Shown one piece after another: positions 1-10,746 of a stretch of DNA of 64,000 nucleotides. The position numbers were made by a program, and so were the translations under genes. This stretch comes from Escherichia coli (GTDB taxonomy: Bacteria > Pseudomonadota > Gammaproteobacteria > Enterobacterales > Enterobacteriaceae), in the NCBI RefSeq assembly GCF_045037415.1, contig NZ_CP173438.1; one strand, given 5' to 3'. Below the pieces are notes generated by a model that was given only the letters and a program-made list of their open reading frames with translations, was not told the origin of the DNA and made no database searches. Every line of letters starts with the position of its first letter. Within the stretch, counting starts at the first letter, position 1.

Positions 1-1880
1 TTGCAAAAAATGAAAAAAGTAGTGCGACAGGTATATCTCTGGAAGCGACCACGGGAAATAATTTAACGCTCAATGGCACAACCATAAATGCTCAAGGTAA
101 TAAGAGTTCCAGCAACGGCTCTACGGCAATTTTTGCTCAAAAGGGTAATTTGTTGCAGGGTTTTGACGGTGATGCAACCGACAACATCACCCTTGCTGAC
201 TCAAATATTATTAATGGTGGGATTGAAACAATAGTTATTGCCAAGGAGAATAAGGGAATTCATACAGTCAACCTGAATATTAAGGATGGCTCAATAATTG
301 GGGCGGCTAATAATAAACAAACAATTTATGCCTCTGCTTCGGCACAAGGCGCAGGTTCAGCAACGCAAAATTTAAATTTGTCTGTTGCTGATTCAACCAT
401 CTACTCTGATGTCCTGGCCCTTTCTGAAAGCGAGAATTCAGCCGGTACCACAACAAATGTAAATATGAACGTTGCCCGCTCTTACTGGGAAGGTAATGCT
501 TATACGCTCAATAGCGGCGATAAAGCGGGTAGTGATCTGGATATAAATCTTTCCGATAGTTCAGTCTGGAAAGGCAAAGTTTCAGGGGCAGGAGATGCCA
601 GTGTATCTCTGCAAAACGGGTCTGTCTGGAATGTTACGGGTTCCTCAACTGTTGATGCTCTGGCAGTAAAAGACAGTACGGTTAATATCACGAAGGCTAC
701 AGTCAATACTGGCACGTTTGCTTCTCAAAACGGCACTCTGATTGTTGATGCCTCTTCTGAAAACACTCTGGATATCAGCGGAAAAGCGAGCGGTGACTTG
801 AGTGTTTACAGTGCGGGTTCATTGGATCTTATCAATGAACAAACGGCATTTATTTCTACCGGCAAAGACAGCACTCTAAAAGCCACAGGCACAACGGAAG
901 GTGGTCTGTATCAATATGACCTGACACAGGGAGCTGATGGTAACTTTTATTTCGTAAAAAACACGCATAAAGCATCCAACGCCAGCTCCGTGATTCAGGC
1001 AATGGCAGCTGCTCCGGCTAACGTCGCTAATCTGCAGGCTGACACGCTCTCCGCCCGTCAGGATGCTGTCCGTCTGAGCGAAAATGACAAGGGTGGCGTA
1101 TGGATTCAGTACTTTGGCGGTAAACAGAAACATACCACCGCGGGAAATGCATCCTATGACCTGGATGTAAATGGTGTAATGCTGGGTGGTGATACCCGCT
1201 TCATGACTGAAGATGGTAGCTGGCTGGCCGGTGTGGCGATGTCTTCTGCGAAAGGTGACATGACTACCATGCAGAGCAAAGGTGACACTGAAGGTTACAG
1301 CTTCCACGCTTACCTGAGCCGCCAGTATAACAACGGTATCTTCATTGATACTGCTGCACAGTTTGGTCACTACAGCAACACGGCAGATGTTCGCCTGATG
1401 AATGGTGGCGGTACCATCAAAGCTGACTTTAACACCAATGGTTTTGGTGCGATGGTTAAAGGCGGTTACACATGGAAAGACGGTAATGGCCTGTTTATTC
1501 AGCCATATGCCAAACTGTCTGCTCTGACTCTGGAAGGTGTGGATTATCAACTCAACGGCGTGGACGTTCATTCTGACAGCTATAACTCTGTGCTGGGTGA
1601 GGCCGGTACGCGCGTGGGTTATGACTTCGCTGTGGGCAACGCGACCGTTAAACCTTATCTGAATCTGGCCGCACTGAACGAATTCTCTGATGGCAACAAA
1701 GTCCGTCTGGGTGATGAGTCTGTCAATGCCAGCATTGACGGTGCAGCATTCCGCGTGGGTGCAGGTGTACAGGCTGATATCACCAAAAACATGGGAGCAT
1801 ATGCAAGCCTTGACTACACCAAAGGTGACGACATTGAGAACCCGCTACAGGGTGTAGTTGGTATCAATGTGACCTGGTAA
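1..1880 (+). CDS. Autotransporter adhesin (AIDA-I/Ag43 type), C-terminal passenger repeats plus beta-barrel translocator; gene begins upstream of the window
   Basis: Frame is open from nt 3 to the stop at 1878-1880 (the 150..1880 ORF is its TTG-started tail); Gly/Asn/Thr/Ser-rich repeat passenger, then barrel-like C-terminus ending in an aromatic residue (GINVTW). Confidence 0.7.
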   Translation, partial: AKNEKSSATGISLEATTGNNLTLNGTTINAQGNKSSSNGSTAIFAQKGNLLQGFDGDATDNITLADSNIINGGIETIVIAKENKGIHTVNLNIKDGSIIGAANNKQTIYASASAQGAGSATQNLNLSVADSTIYSDVLALSESENSAGTTTNVNMNVARSYWEGNAYTLNSGDKAGSDLDINLSDSSVWKGKVSGAGDASVSLQNGSVWNVTGSSTVDALAVKDSTVNITKATVNTGTFASQNGTLIVDASSENTLDISGKASGDLSVYSAGSLDLINEQTAFISTGKDSTLKATGTTEGGLYQYDLTQGADGNFYFVKNTHKASNASSVIQAMAAAPANVANLQADTLSARQDAVRLSENDKGGVWIQYFGGKQKHTTAGNASYDLDVNGVMLGGDTRFMTEDGSWLAGVAMSSAKGDMTTMQSKGDTEGYSFHAYLSRQYNNGIFIDTAAQFGHYSNTADVRLMNGGGTIKADFNTNGFGAMVKGGYTWKDGNGLFIQPYAKLSALTLEGVDYQLNGVDVHSDSYNSVLGEAGTRVGYDFAVGNATVKPYLNLAALNEFSDGNKVRLGDESVNASIDGAAFRVGAGVQADITKNMGAYASLDYTKGDDIENPLQGVVGINVTW

Positions 1881-1918
1881 GAATAAAGCAGTCGGTTCCC
1901 CTGTCGACTGTTATACCC

Positions 1919-1947
1919 CCTGCAGGCAGCAGTATGCTGCCTGCAGG
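1919..1947 (+). terminator. Perfect 12-bp inverted repeat (cctgcaggcagc-agtat-gctgcctgcagg) downstream of the autotransporter stop; possible terminator stem-loop
   Basis: Palindrome read directly; no strong T-tract follows. Confidence 0.35.
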
Positions 1948-2063
1948 CTATAAATATCCAGTACTCATGATGCTGGCTTTTTGCTGATATTTACCCTGAA
2001 CATTCCTGATACAGACTATTAATACAACCTTATCTGCGACAGATTTCATTTTCTGGATATATT

Positions 2064-2732
2064 ATGAATGAACAAATCAAACAGGATATCGATCTGATTG
2101 AGATTTTATTTTATCTGAAGAAAAAGATTCGTGTTATCCTTTTTATTATAGCTATCTGTATGGCAATGGTGCTGTTGTTTCTGTATATCAATAAAGATAA
2201 TATAAAAGTGAGTTACAGCCTAAAAATAAATCAGACAACACCAGGCATACTTGTTAGCTGTGATAGCAATAATAACTTTGCCTGTCAGACCACAATGACT
2301 GAAGATGTTATTCAGCGAATTACTACATTTTTTCAGACCAGCCCAGATGTCAAGAACAGAGAAATAAAGCTGGAATGGTCAGGAGATAAGAGAGATTTAC
2401 CAACTGCTGAAGCGGAAATATCTCGCGTGCAGGCGTCTATCATTAAATGGTATACGTCAGAATACCATAATGGCAGGCAAGTTCTCGATGAGATACAAAC
2501 GCCTTCAGCAATTAACAGTGAGCTTTATACAAAAATGATATATCTGACCAGGAACTGGTCACTGTATCCGAACGGTGATGGCTGTGTCACTATAAGCTCA
2601 CCAGAAATAAAAAATAAATACCCTGCTGCCATTTGCCTGGCTCTGGGATTTTTTCTAAGTATTGTGATTTCTGTAATGTTTTGCCTTGTCAAAAAAATGG
2701 TAGATGAATACCAACAAAACTCTGGGCAGTAA
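2064..2732 (+). CDS. ykgH: Predicted inner-membrane protein YkgH (222 aa)
   Basis: 222-aa ORF with N-terminal and C-terminal hydrophobic segments; position next to ykgG and length match my recollection of K-12 ykgH; AT-rich. Confidence 0.65.
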   Translation: MNEQIKQDIDLIEILFYLKKKIRVILFIIAICMAMVLLFLYINKDNIKVSYSLKINQTTPGILVSCDSNNNFACQTTMTEDVIQRITTFFQTSPDVKNREIKLEWSGDKRDLPTAEAEISRVQASIIKWYTSEYHNGRQVLDEIQTPSAINSELYTKMIYLTRNWSLYPNGDGCVTISSPEIKNKYPAAICLALGFFLSIVISVMFCLVKKMVDEYQQNSGQ

Positions 2733-2974
2733 TAAACAGCATTCTGACAGAGAGTGCCTGTATAAAACTATAGTGACAGTGACCGGGAAGGGAGCCCGTC
2801 TTCAGGAATGGATTCCTGTCTTTTTAACTGTAAATATCCTGGCATTATTAATGTCAGGATATTTACAGAAGAGCAGCATAACCATGACGGAACGGGGTTA
2901 AGTCAGGTTGTCCTTAACGCTATTCACAACCTCGTATACCGCCTTCAGGTTTATGTCCAGACTACATATCTCTC

Positions 2975-3670
2975 TCAGCAATCCTCAATAATCAGATACA
3001 CCGCTTTCACCGGACCATGAACCCCGACGACTTTGATAAGCTCAATGTCCGCCGTTGAACTGGGACCACTGATGATGTTAATACATGACGGCATTCGTTC
3101 ACCGGCCTGCGCTTTCTGATGCAATTTTTCTGCAAGTTGCGCTACACGCGGCAGGATTGTGCTTTTACGCAGGATAAAAAGAGAAGATTCCGGGAGCAGG
3201 CTCAATGAACGCCCGCGCCCGGCGGCGGAAAAAAGAACCACGCCTCCCGATTCGGTTAAACCATATTCAGCATATACGACGCCCACTATAGCCTGCTCTG
3301 CTTGTGATATGTTCTCAATACCTTTCGCCGGATCCCAAACAACGGCATTGCATTCCTGCTGCAAACGTTCGCTAATCCCCAATTCCTCCAGCCTCGTGTC
3401 ACCGCTAATCACGACCGACTGATCTCCCAGCTCTTTACACAGACGTATTGCAGCTTCTGCCGCCTTCGCCTCGCTGGTCAGTTCACAGCGCGTCAACATA
3501 ACATCGCTGGCAAACTGGATAAACGCGTCACAGCGCTGTTGTTGGGTAAGTTGGGTAAGCCGCTCGTTAGCATAGTTGTTAAGCGGCGCATCTTCTGCTT
3601 GCGGTTCAAGTCGCAGCGGGCGACCCAGTGCCTGAGCAACGTTATTCAAAAATTCGCTCCGATTATCCAT
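2975..3670 (-). CDS. ykgG: LutC-like lactate-utilisation protein YkgG (231 aa)
   Basis: Start taken at ATG 3670 (MDNRSEF...), overlapping the ykgF stop by 8 nt; the longer 282-aa ORF is an upstream extension; last gene of ykgEFG. Confidence 0.8.
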   Translation of the reverse strand: MDNRSEFLNNVAQALGRPLRLEPQAEDAPLNNYANERLTQLTQQQRCDAFIQFASDVMLTRCELTSEAKAAEAAIRLCKELGDQSVVISGDTRLEELGISERLQQECNAVVWDPAKGIENISQAEQAIVGVVYAEYGLTESGGVVLFSAAGRGRSLSLLPESSLFILRKSTILPRVAQLAEKLHQKAQAGERMPSCINIISGPSSTADIELIKVVGVHGPVKAVYLIIEDC

Positions 3671-5090
3671 TCTTATTCTCCTGCGCCTGATGTTTCTTAA
3701 ACCAACTACGGAAACTCTCTCCGTCAGCTTCAGGAAGATCGCGTGCTTCCATCCAGTCGCTAATCGCGCCAAATTTGAGTGGTGTTTTGCCGCCATTGAT
3801 AAACCAGCTTGCCGCATGAGCACCAGCCATCATCCCAACTTTCCACAATCCTGGATGACTATTGGCATAAGCGAACATTTTTATCGCCCGTTGCTCTGCT
3901 TTTGCGGTGATCCCTTTTTCAGCCATCACCCGACGATGACGCAAAATCAGTTTTGACAGCGGAATACGCACCGGACACACGCTGTCACAAGCGGTGCATA
4001 AAGAGCAGGCGTAGGGTAAATCTTTAAAATCTTTATAGCCGCCAAGTAACGGGGAAATCACCGCACCAATTGGCCCTGGATAAATAGAGCCATATCCATG
4101 ACCGCCAATATGGCGATATGCCGGACAAGTATTCATACAAGCCCCGCAACGAATACAGCGCAGCACATCCCGAAATTCAGAGGCCAGCACCTCAGAACGC
4201 CCGTTATCGACAATAACCAGATGAAACTCTTCAGGACCATCAACGTGCCCCGCTTCGCGTGGTCCTGTCAGCCAGGTGTTGTATCCCGTCAAACGTGCAC
4301 CAACGGCACTGCGCGCCAGCATGGTGATCAATACATCTACCTCTGCAAACGTGGGAGCAATACGCTCCATTCCCATCACTGCAATATGCGTTTTAGGCAG
4401 CGTGGTACACATTCGCGCATTACCTTCATTGGTCACCAGGCATACCGAACCGGTCTCTGCCACCGCGAAATTACAGCCGGTAATACCTATTTCAGCACTG
4501 AGGAAATCTTCGCGGATTTTTTGCCGAATGAATAAGGTCATCGCTTCAGGCGTTTCCGGCCCCTCATAGCCCAGACGTTCGTGTAGCACTCGACGGATCT
4601 GATGGCGATCTTTATGAATTGCCGGGACCACAACATGAGAGGGCGGATCTTGATCCAGCTGGAGAATATATTCACCCAGATCGGTTTCAATCACCTGAAT
4701 CCCGGCATCCTGCAACACATGATTGACACCAATCTCTTCGGTCACCATCGATTTAGATTTCACTACCTTCCGGGCATTTTTGCGTTGGGCAACCTGTAAA
4801 ATGTAGCGGGTGGCGTCTTCTTTGGTTTTTGCAAAATAGACGTGACCGCCGTTTTGTGTCACTTTTTCTGAGAGCTGGTACAGATAAGCGTCGAGATTAC
4901 TCAGAACATGATCACGTATCTGGGCGGCCCGATCGCGCCACTCCTCCCAGTGCCCCAATTCATCGACCATTTTTTGCCGATTTGCCCCAATACGCTGCTG
5001 CGCGTTTGCCACCGCTTTGCGCATGATCGGATCTTCAATTTGCTGACGGATGCGTGTCTTAAAATCTGTATTACTGGTTTTGATCGACAT
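3663..5090 (-). CDS. ykgF: LutB-like iron-sulfur oxidoreductase YkgF (475 aa)
   Basis: Two ferredoxin-type Cys clusters (CIRCGACMNTCP and CSLCTACDSVCP); length and operon context. Confidence 0.85.
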   Translation of the reverse strand: MSIKTSNTDFKTRIRQQIEDPIMRKAVANAQQRIGANRQKMVDELGHWEEWRDRAAQIRDHVLSNLDAYLYQLSEKVTQNGGHVYFAKTKEDATRYILQVAQRKNARKVVKSKSMVTEEIGVNHVLQDAGIQVIETDLGEYILQLDQDPPSHVVVPAIHKDRHQIRRVLHERLGYEGPETPEAMTLFIRQKIREDFLSAEIGITGCNFAVAETGSVCLVTNEGNARMCTTLPKTHIAVMGMERIAPTFAEVDVLITMLARSAVGARLTGYNTWLTGPREAGHVDGPEEFHLVIVDNGRSEVLASEFRDVLRCIRCGACMNTCPAYRHIGGHGYGSIYPGPIGAVISPLLGGYKDFKDLPYACSLCTACDSVCPVRIPLSKLILRHRRVMAEKGITAKAEQRAIKMFAYANSHPGLWKVGMMAGAHAASWFINGGKTPLKFGAISDWMEARDLPEADGESFRSWFKKHQAQENKNG

Positions 5091-5100
5091 CTTTATATCC

Positions 5101-5820
5101 TCAGCGGCTCATCAGCACTTCAGCAATATGCATCACTTTGACTTTCTGCCCTTCCCGTTGTAATCGTCCACTGATGTTCAGCAGGCAACTCACGTCAGCA
5201 CCAATTAAATACTCAGGGCGGACTTCCATCAGGTGCGCAACCTTTTCTTTCACCATCTCGCCGGATATTTCGGCCATTTTGACCGAGAACGTGCCGCCAA
5301 ATCCGCAGCAGGTATCCTGTTCAGCAAAGGTCAACAGCTCCAGTCCACGCACATTTTTCAGCAGCGTAAGTGGTTCGTCCTTCACCCCCAGCTTACGGGC
5401 CAGGCTACAAGATGGGTGATACACCGCTCTCCCTTGCAAACTGGCACCTACATCGACTACCCCTAATGTATTAACAATAAAAGAGGTGAGATCCTGCATA
5501 CGCGCGGCAACCTTTTCGGCACGTGATGCCCATTCAGGTTCATCCGCCAGATACGTCGGGTAACTTTTTACGGCATAGGTGCAAGAGCCAGCCGGTGAAA
5601 TAATGGGATCGTCGTTATCCTCCAGTGCGGCGATCAGATTTTTCATCCCTGGAATCGCTTCTTTGATATAACCACTATTGATCGCAGGCTGACCGCAGCA
5701 TCCCTGTTTCTCCGGGAAATTTACGCGACAGCCGAGTTTTTCCAGTAGCAGCACGGAGTCTCGTGCCATTCTTGATTTCAGGGCGTCACCAATACAGGTG
5801 ACAAAGAAATTGACATTCAC
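5101..5820 (-). CDS. ykgE: LutA-like cysteine-rich (CCG-domain) protein YkgE (239 aa)
   Basis: Two CCG motifs (CCGQPA, CCGFGG); first gene of ykgEFG on the minus strand. Confidence 0.85.
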   Translation of the reverse strand: MNVNFFVTCIGDALKSRMARDSVLLLEKLGCRVNFPEKQGCCGQPAINSGYIKEAIPGMKNLIAALEDNDDPIISPAGSCTYAVKSYPTYLADEPEWASRAEKVAARMQDLTSFIVNTLGVVDVGASLQGRAVYHPSCSLARKLGVKDEPLTLLKNVRGLELLTFAEQDTCCGFGGTFSVKMAEISGEMVKEKVAHLMEVRPEYLIGADVSCLLNISGRLQREGQKVKVMHIAEVLMSR

Positions 5821-6345
5821 AACTAATACTCCATTACTTCATGCCCATTTATGCCCGATGGTTCCCTCCTTCCGGGGGATCAATCATCAATAAATATGGC
5901 GTTCTTTTTTAATTGGCTAGCAACATACCACCTCTCATTTGTATGACAAATGATAATCTTTCATCTAAACTTCAAATGCAATAACTAATTTTATTTCTTT
6001 CGGCATCGCTCACATTTTATAGGGAAATCGACGATCATTTTTGGCATAAGAAATCCATTTAAAAAGGCTACATCCCTTATACCTATTCAGAGCTACTTAT
6101 TCAGGGGTTATTGAGATATACACTGATGGTGTACAAAAAAATCACCGACAATAATCACGCATCAAGTAATAGTCGGGATTTTATTTAATTGAAGCAATTT
6201 AGTTTGCATTTTTATTTAAAAACTGAGCTAGAGTCCATCAAAAAAATATATAAAACCCAAAACCACCGTTAGAAATAGAAATAGTTGAAAGGCTCACAAC
6301 TCCCGGAATGCGGATTATCTTTGCCCTGATTTCTGGCGGTTTTAT

Positions 6346-7200
6346 TCAGGGTGCAAGCTGTCTCACCCTTTCCCGATATTCTCCCGGAGTACAACCAAAC
6401 TCGCGGACAAACGCCTTGTGAAAAGATGATTCACTGGCATAGCCTACTGACTCAGCGATCACCACAACAGGGAGCATTTCCCGGGAAAACATCTGGGCCG
6501 CTATTTGTAGACGCAACTTTGTTAATACAGCCAGCGGCGTGGTTCCGGAAACATCACGGAAAAGCTGGGCAAAACTTGCCCGGGACATGTGGGCGATGCT
6601 GGCCAGCGATTCGACGGTCCAGGCGTGTCCAGGCATTTCCATCATTTGCTGTATTACCGCACCAAGACGTGGATGCAGAAGCAAACTGAGAATGTTTTTC
6701 TCTGTATTAACCTGTGCAATCCACTCACGCACCGCGAGGGTAAAGAATGTAGCGCAGATCTGGCTACACAGAGCATCCACTCCCGGCATTGCCGATCTGG
6801 ATTCCTGTTGTAAAAACGGGATCGCCTCCCTCAGCCAGTTATATTCCACGCTATGGTTCACTGGTGCTACAAACAGCGTTTCCGGCAAAGACGTTAAAAA
6901 ATAACGCGCCGAATGTTGCAGCCGAAGAGTTCCACAGACAATACAGGTCGATTCATTATCGACATGACTCAGGCGATGAGCTGAATTTTGTGGTAGCAGG
7001 ACCACATTTCCCGGGCGTAATGTAAAAATCTCTCCCGTCGGCATTTCCAGCTTCGCCGCTCCTTGCGTTAACGCATGCCAACGAATAACCGACAACTCCC
7101 CGGCACCATGTGGAAGTTGCCAGTCACTTCCTAACACGCAATTCTTATCGATCGTTCCTTGTGGAGCGTTAAGCATCAACAAACGGCTAAGAGCATCCAT
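6346..7200 (-). CDS. rclR: AraC-family redox-sensing activator RclR (284 aa)
   Basis: C-terminal AraC-type HTH; start taken at ATG 7200 (MDALSRLL...); divergent from rclA. Confidence 0.8.
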   Translation of the reverse strand: MDALSRLLMLNAPQGTIDKNCVLGSDWQLPHGAGELSVIRWHALTQGAAKLEMPTGEIFTLRPGNVVLLPQNSAHRLSHVDNESTCIVCGTLRLQHSARYFLTSLPETLFVAPVNHSVEYNWLREAIPFLQQESRSAMPGVDALCSQICATFFTLAVREWIAQVNTEKNILSLLLHPRLGAVIQQMMEMPGHAWTVESLASIAHMSRASFAQLFRDVSGTTPLAVLTKLRLQIAAQMFSREMLPVVVIAESVGYASESSFHKAFVREFGCTPGEYRERVRQLAP

Positions 7201-7426
7201 ATCAGACTCCTGAGTGGTTTTTGGATTACAAACACCAACAATCTTAGTCAATAATTAATCTAATACCATCAAATAGTTAATCATGATTTTTGTTTTGTGA
7301 TTCTGATTAAGAAAAAGAAAATACCAGACGATAAGACAAAATATCAAGCGTTGTGAAGAAATGTTATTTGCTCTTTTGCGTCTATAGTCATGATGTCAAA
7401 TGAACGCGTTTCGACAGGAAATCATC

Positions 7427-8752
7427 ATGAATAAATATCAGGCAGTTATTATTGGTTTTGGCAAGGCTGGAAAAACATTAGCCGTCACGCTGGCAAAAGC
7501 AGGTTGGCGTGTGGCTCTCATCGAACAATCAAATGCAATGTATGGCGGGACCTGTATTAATATCGGCTGTATCCCAACCAAAACATTGGTTCATGACGCA
7601 CAGCAGCACACAGATTTTGTCCGTGCCATACAGCGTAAAAATGAAGTGGTTAATTTTTTACGTAATAAGAATTTTCATAATCTTGCGGATATGCCCAATA
7701 TCGACGTGATCGACGGCCAGGCGGAGTTTATCAATAATCATAGCCTGCGTGTTCATCGGCCTGAGGGAAATCTGGAAATTCATGGCGAGAAAATTTTTAT
7801 TAATACCGGTGCACAAACCGTGGTTCCGCCAATTCCTGGAATTACCACCACGCCAGGAGTATATGACAGCACCGGATTACTTAATCTAAAAGAATTGCCT
7901 GGGCATTTAGGTATTTTGGGCGGCGGATATATTGGCGTTGAGTTCGCCTCTATGTTCGCTAATTTTGGCAGCAAAGTAACCATTTTAGAGGCAGCTTCGC
8001 TGTTTTTGCCTCGGGAAGATCGGGATATTGCTGATAATATCGCGACGATTTTACGCGATCAGGGCGTCGATATAATCCTCAATGCCCATGTGGAGCGAAT
8101 CAGTCACCATGAAAATCAAGTGCAAGTGCATAGCGAACACGCCCAACTGGCGGTGGATGCACTGTTAATAGCTTCCGGTCGTCAACCGGCTACCGCTTCG
8201 TTACATCCAGAAAATGCAGGTATCGCAGTAAACGAACGCGGGGCAATTGTCGTTGACAAGCAATTACATACCACCGCAGACAATATTTGGGCGATGGGAG
8301 ATGTTACCGGCGGGCTGCAATTTACTTATATTTCACTGGATGATTACCGCATTGTGCGTGATGAGTTGCTGGGAGAAGGCAGACGTAGTACTGATGATCG
8401 GAAAAATGTGCCTTATTCCGTATTCATGACACCGCCACTGTCCAGGGTTGGTATGACAGAAGAACAGGCCAGAGAGAGTGGTGCTGATATTCAGGTGGTG
8501 ACATTGCCTGTAGCTGCAATTCCGCGTGCCAGAGTGATGAATGATACTCGTGGGGTATTAAAAGCGATTGTTGATAATAAAACCCAACGTATATTAGGGG
8601 CATCACTGCTGTGTGTTGACTCCCACGAGATGATCAATATAGTGAAAATGGTGATGGATGCCGGGCTGCCTTATAGCATATTACGCGATCAGATATTTAC
8701 TCATCCGTCGATGAGCGAATCACTCAATGATCTATTTTCATTAGTCAAATAA
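7427..8752 (+). CDS. rclA: Pyridine nucleotide-disulfide (flavin) oxidoreductase RclA (441 aa)
   Basis: N-terminal FAD-binding GxGxxG (IIGFGKAGKT) and redox-active CxxxxC (GGTCINIGC); start at ATG 7427. Confidence 0.85.
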   Translation: MNKYQAVIIGFGKAGKTLAVTLAKAGWRVALIEQSNAMYGGTCINIGCIPTKTLVHDAQQHTDFVRAIQRKNEVVNFLRNKNFHNLADMPNIDVIDGQAEFINNHSLRVHRPEGNLEIHGEKIFINTGAQTVVPPIPGITTTPGVYDSTGLLNLKELPGHLGILGGGYIGVEFASMFANFGSKVTILEAASLFLPREDRDIADNIATILRDQGVDIILNAHVERISHHENQVQVHSEHAQLAVDALLIASGRQPATASLHPENAGIAVNERGAIVVDKQLHTTADNIWAMGDVTGGLQFTYISLDDYRIVRDELLGEGRRSTDDRKNVPYSVFMTPPLSRVGMTEEQARESGADIQVVTLPVAAIPRARVMNDTRGVLKAIVDNKTQRILGASLLCVDSHEMINIVKMVMDAGLPYSILRDQIFTHPSMSESLNDLFSLVK

Positions 8753-8762
8753 ACTCAAAATC

Positions 8763-8790
8763 AGACGCCAGAACAAATATTCTGGCGTCT
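8763..8790 (+). terminator. Perfect 10-bp stem-loop (agacgccaga-N8-tctggcgtct) between rclA and rclB
   Basis: Inverted repeat read directly; no T-tract, so may be an RNA processing or attenuation structure rather than a terminator. Confidence 0.3.
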
Positions 8791-8860
8791 CAGAGAAAAG
8801 AATCTTATTAATTCCCTGTTACTTTATAAATTCTTAATCACTTCATTGATGGTATTTTAT

Positions 8861-9097
8861 ATGTTTAAAAAATCTGTTTTATTTGCAACACTATTATCTG
8901 GCGTTATGGCATTTTCCACCAATGCAGATGATAAAATAATTCTGAAACATATCAGCGTCTCATCAGTATCAGCATCACCGACAGTTCTTGAGAATGCCAT
9001 TGCTGATATGGCCAGAAAATATAATGCTTCATCCTGGAAAGTTACATCGATGCGAATTGATAATAATTCAACCGCAACAGCAGTATTGTATAAATAA
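8861..9097 (+). CDS. rclB: Small secreted/periplasmic protein RclB (78 aa)
   Basis: Signal-peptide-like N-terminus (MFKKSVLFATLLSGVMAFSTNA); start at ATG 8861. Confidence 0.7.
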   Translation: MFKKSVLFATLLSGVMAFSTNADDKIILKHISVSSVSASPTVLENAIADMARKYNASSWKVTSMRIDNNSTATAVLYK

Positions 9098-9108
9098 GGA
9101 TGTTTACA

Positions 9109-9702
9109 ATGGAAAGATACCTGCACCTGTTAAGTCGGGGAGATAAAATTGGCCTGACATTGATTCGTCTGAGCATTGCGATTGTTTTTATGTGGATTGG
9201 GTTATTAAAGTTTGTCCCTTACGAGGCAGACAGCATTACACCATTCGTCGCAAACAGTCCACTAATGTCGTTCTTTTATGAACACCCGGAAGACTATAAA
9301 CAGTATCTGACTCACGAAGGCGAATACAAACCAGAAGCAAGAGCATGGCAAACGGCTAATAATACCTATGGTTTTTCCAACGGTCTTGGCGTCGTGGAGG
9401 TGATTATTGCTCTGCTGGTTTTGGCTAATCCTGTCAATCGCTGGTTAGGTTTATTGGGTGGGCTGATGGCATTTACCACGCCGCTGGTAACACTCTCATT
9501 TTTAATCACCACTCCGGAGGCATGGGTACCCGCATTGGGTGATGCTCATCATGGTTTCCCTTATTTATCCGGTGCTGGTCGTCTGGTATTGAAAGATACT
9601 CTGATGCTGGCAGGTGCTGTCATGATAATGGCAGATTCGGCACGGGATATTCTTAAACAACGCAGTAATGAATCCAGTTCAACGTTAAAAACTGAATATT
9701 GA
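9109..9702 (+). CDS. rclC: Inner-membrane protein RclC (197 aa)
   Basis: Multiple hydrophobic helices; start ATG 9109 (MERYLHLL), 3 nt after rclB. Confidence 0.8.
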   Translation: MERYLHLLSRGDKIGLTLIRLSIAIVFMWIGLLKFVPYEADSITPFVANSPLMSFFYEHPEDYKQYLTHEGEYKPEARAWQTANNTYGFSNGLGVVEVIIALLVLANPVNRWLGLLGGLMAFTTPLVTLSFLITTPEAWVPALGDAHHGFPYLSGAGRLVLKDTLMLAGAVMIMADSARDILKQRSNESSSTLKTEY

Positions 9703-9735
9703 TAATCCGAACACTGTCTGTTGTTCACTTTTTCA

Positions 9736-9773
9736 GGCGTCAGGCCCCCTTTCTGTTGATGAAGCCTGACGCC
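9736..9773. terminator. 10-bp inverted repeat (ggcgtcaggc ... gcctgacgcc) between convergent rclC and an aldo-keto reductase gene
   Basis: Stem read directly; flanking T/A runs are weak. Confidence 0.3.
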
Positions 9774-9861
9774 ATATTACCGGAGATATGACAGAGTGAC
9801 GATCAATATCACTCCCCTGTTAAAAAATTTTTGTCGTCTCAGGTAAAATAAGTGATTAATA

Positions 9862-10746
9862 TCAATCATGTATTTTTACAGCAAGACAACCACGAACAAA
9901 CTCAGGATTAAAATGTTTTACCGATTCCCCAACATAACCCAAATCTAGCGAACTAATTTGCGCCATTTCTTTCTCTGTCAGTGAGAAATCCCAGATAGCA
10001 AAATTTTCTTCGATACGCTGTTGATGTGTCGATTTCGGAATAACGACCACTCCCCGTTGAATATTCCAACGCAGAATGACCTGAGAAATCGATTTTTGAT
10101 GGGCATCTGCAATACTCTGAAGCAGATTATTTTCAAAGGGTTTATGTCGTCCACCACCTAACGGAGCCCATGCTTCAGGCTGCACGTTATAATACTTCAT
10201 GGTTGCCAGCGCCTCTGGTTGGGCAAAATAGGGATGCAACTCGACCTGGTTGACCATCGGTTTAACTCTTACCGTTTCACAAAAGTTCGCCAGAACATGA
10301 GGGTAGAAATTGGAAACCCCAATCGCTTTTAATTTGCCCTCTTCATAGGCATCTTCGAGTGCACGCCACGCACTAAAATAATCGCGCATGGCCTGGTGCA
10401 ATAAATAGAGATCGAAGTATTCTAGCCCCGATTTTTTTAATGATGCTTCAATACCTGCTGCTGCAATATCCTGATTCAACATATCCTGCACCCACAATTT
10501 AGACGTTATAAATAACTCTTCTCGGGTACATAAACCTTCAGATATGGCTTCACGAACGGCTTCACCGACGGCATCTTCATTACCGTATACCGCTGCAGTG
10601 TCGATGAGTCGATAACCCGTGCGGATAGCATTCAACACTGACTGTTTGCACACGTCTTTATCGGTAACCTGAAAAACACCAAATCCCATCATCGGCATTT
10701 TCAGATTGTTACTTAATACGGAAAATTCCACTGTCAGTCCCTCCAT
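9862..10746 (-). CDS. Aldo-keto reductase (DkgA/YvgN-like)
   Basis: AKR N-terminal signature (MPMMGFGVFQV ... [14 protein letters not shown]) and catalytic-tetrad context (LWVQD, LHQ). Confidence 0.7.
   Translation of the reverse strand: MEGLTVEFSVLSNNLKMPMMGFGVFQVTDKDVCKQSVLNAIRTGYRLIDTAAVYGNEDAVGEAVREAISEGLCTREELFITSKLWVQDMLNQDIAAAGIEASLKKSGLEYFDLYLLHQAMRDYFSAWRALEDAYEEGKLKAIGVSNFYPHVLANFCETVRVKPMVNQVELHPYFAQPEALATMKYYNVQPEAWAPLGGGRHKPFENNLLQSIADAHQKSISQVILRWNIQRGVVVIPKSTHQQRIEENFAIWDFSLTEKEMAQISSLDLGYVGESVKHFNPEFVRGCLAVKIHD

Noticed and set aside
2975-3823. Longer 282-aa form of ykgG and similar upstream-extended ORFs (rclR 301 aa, rclA 450 aa, proB 380 aa, prfH 232 aa)
   Set aside because: The extensions overlap upstream genes or lack start context; internal ATGs give lengths matching the known proteins.
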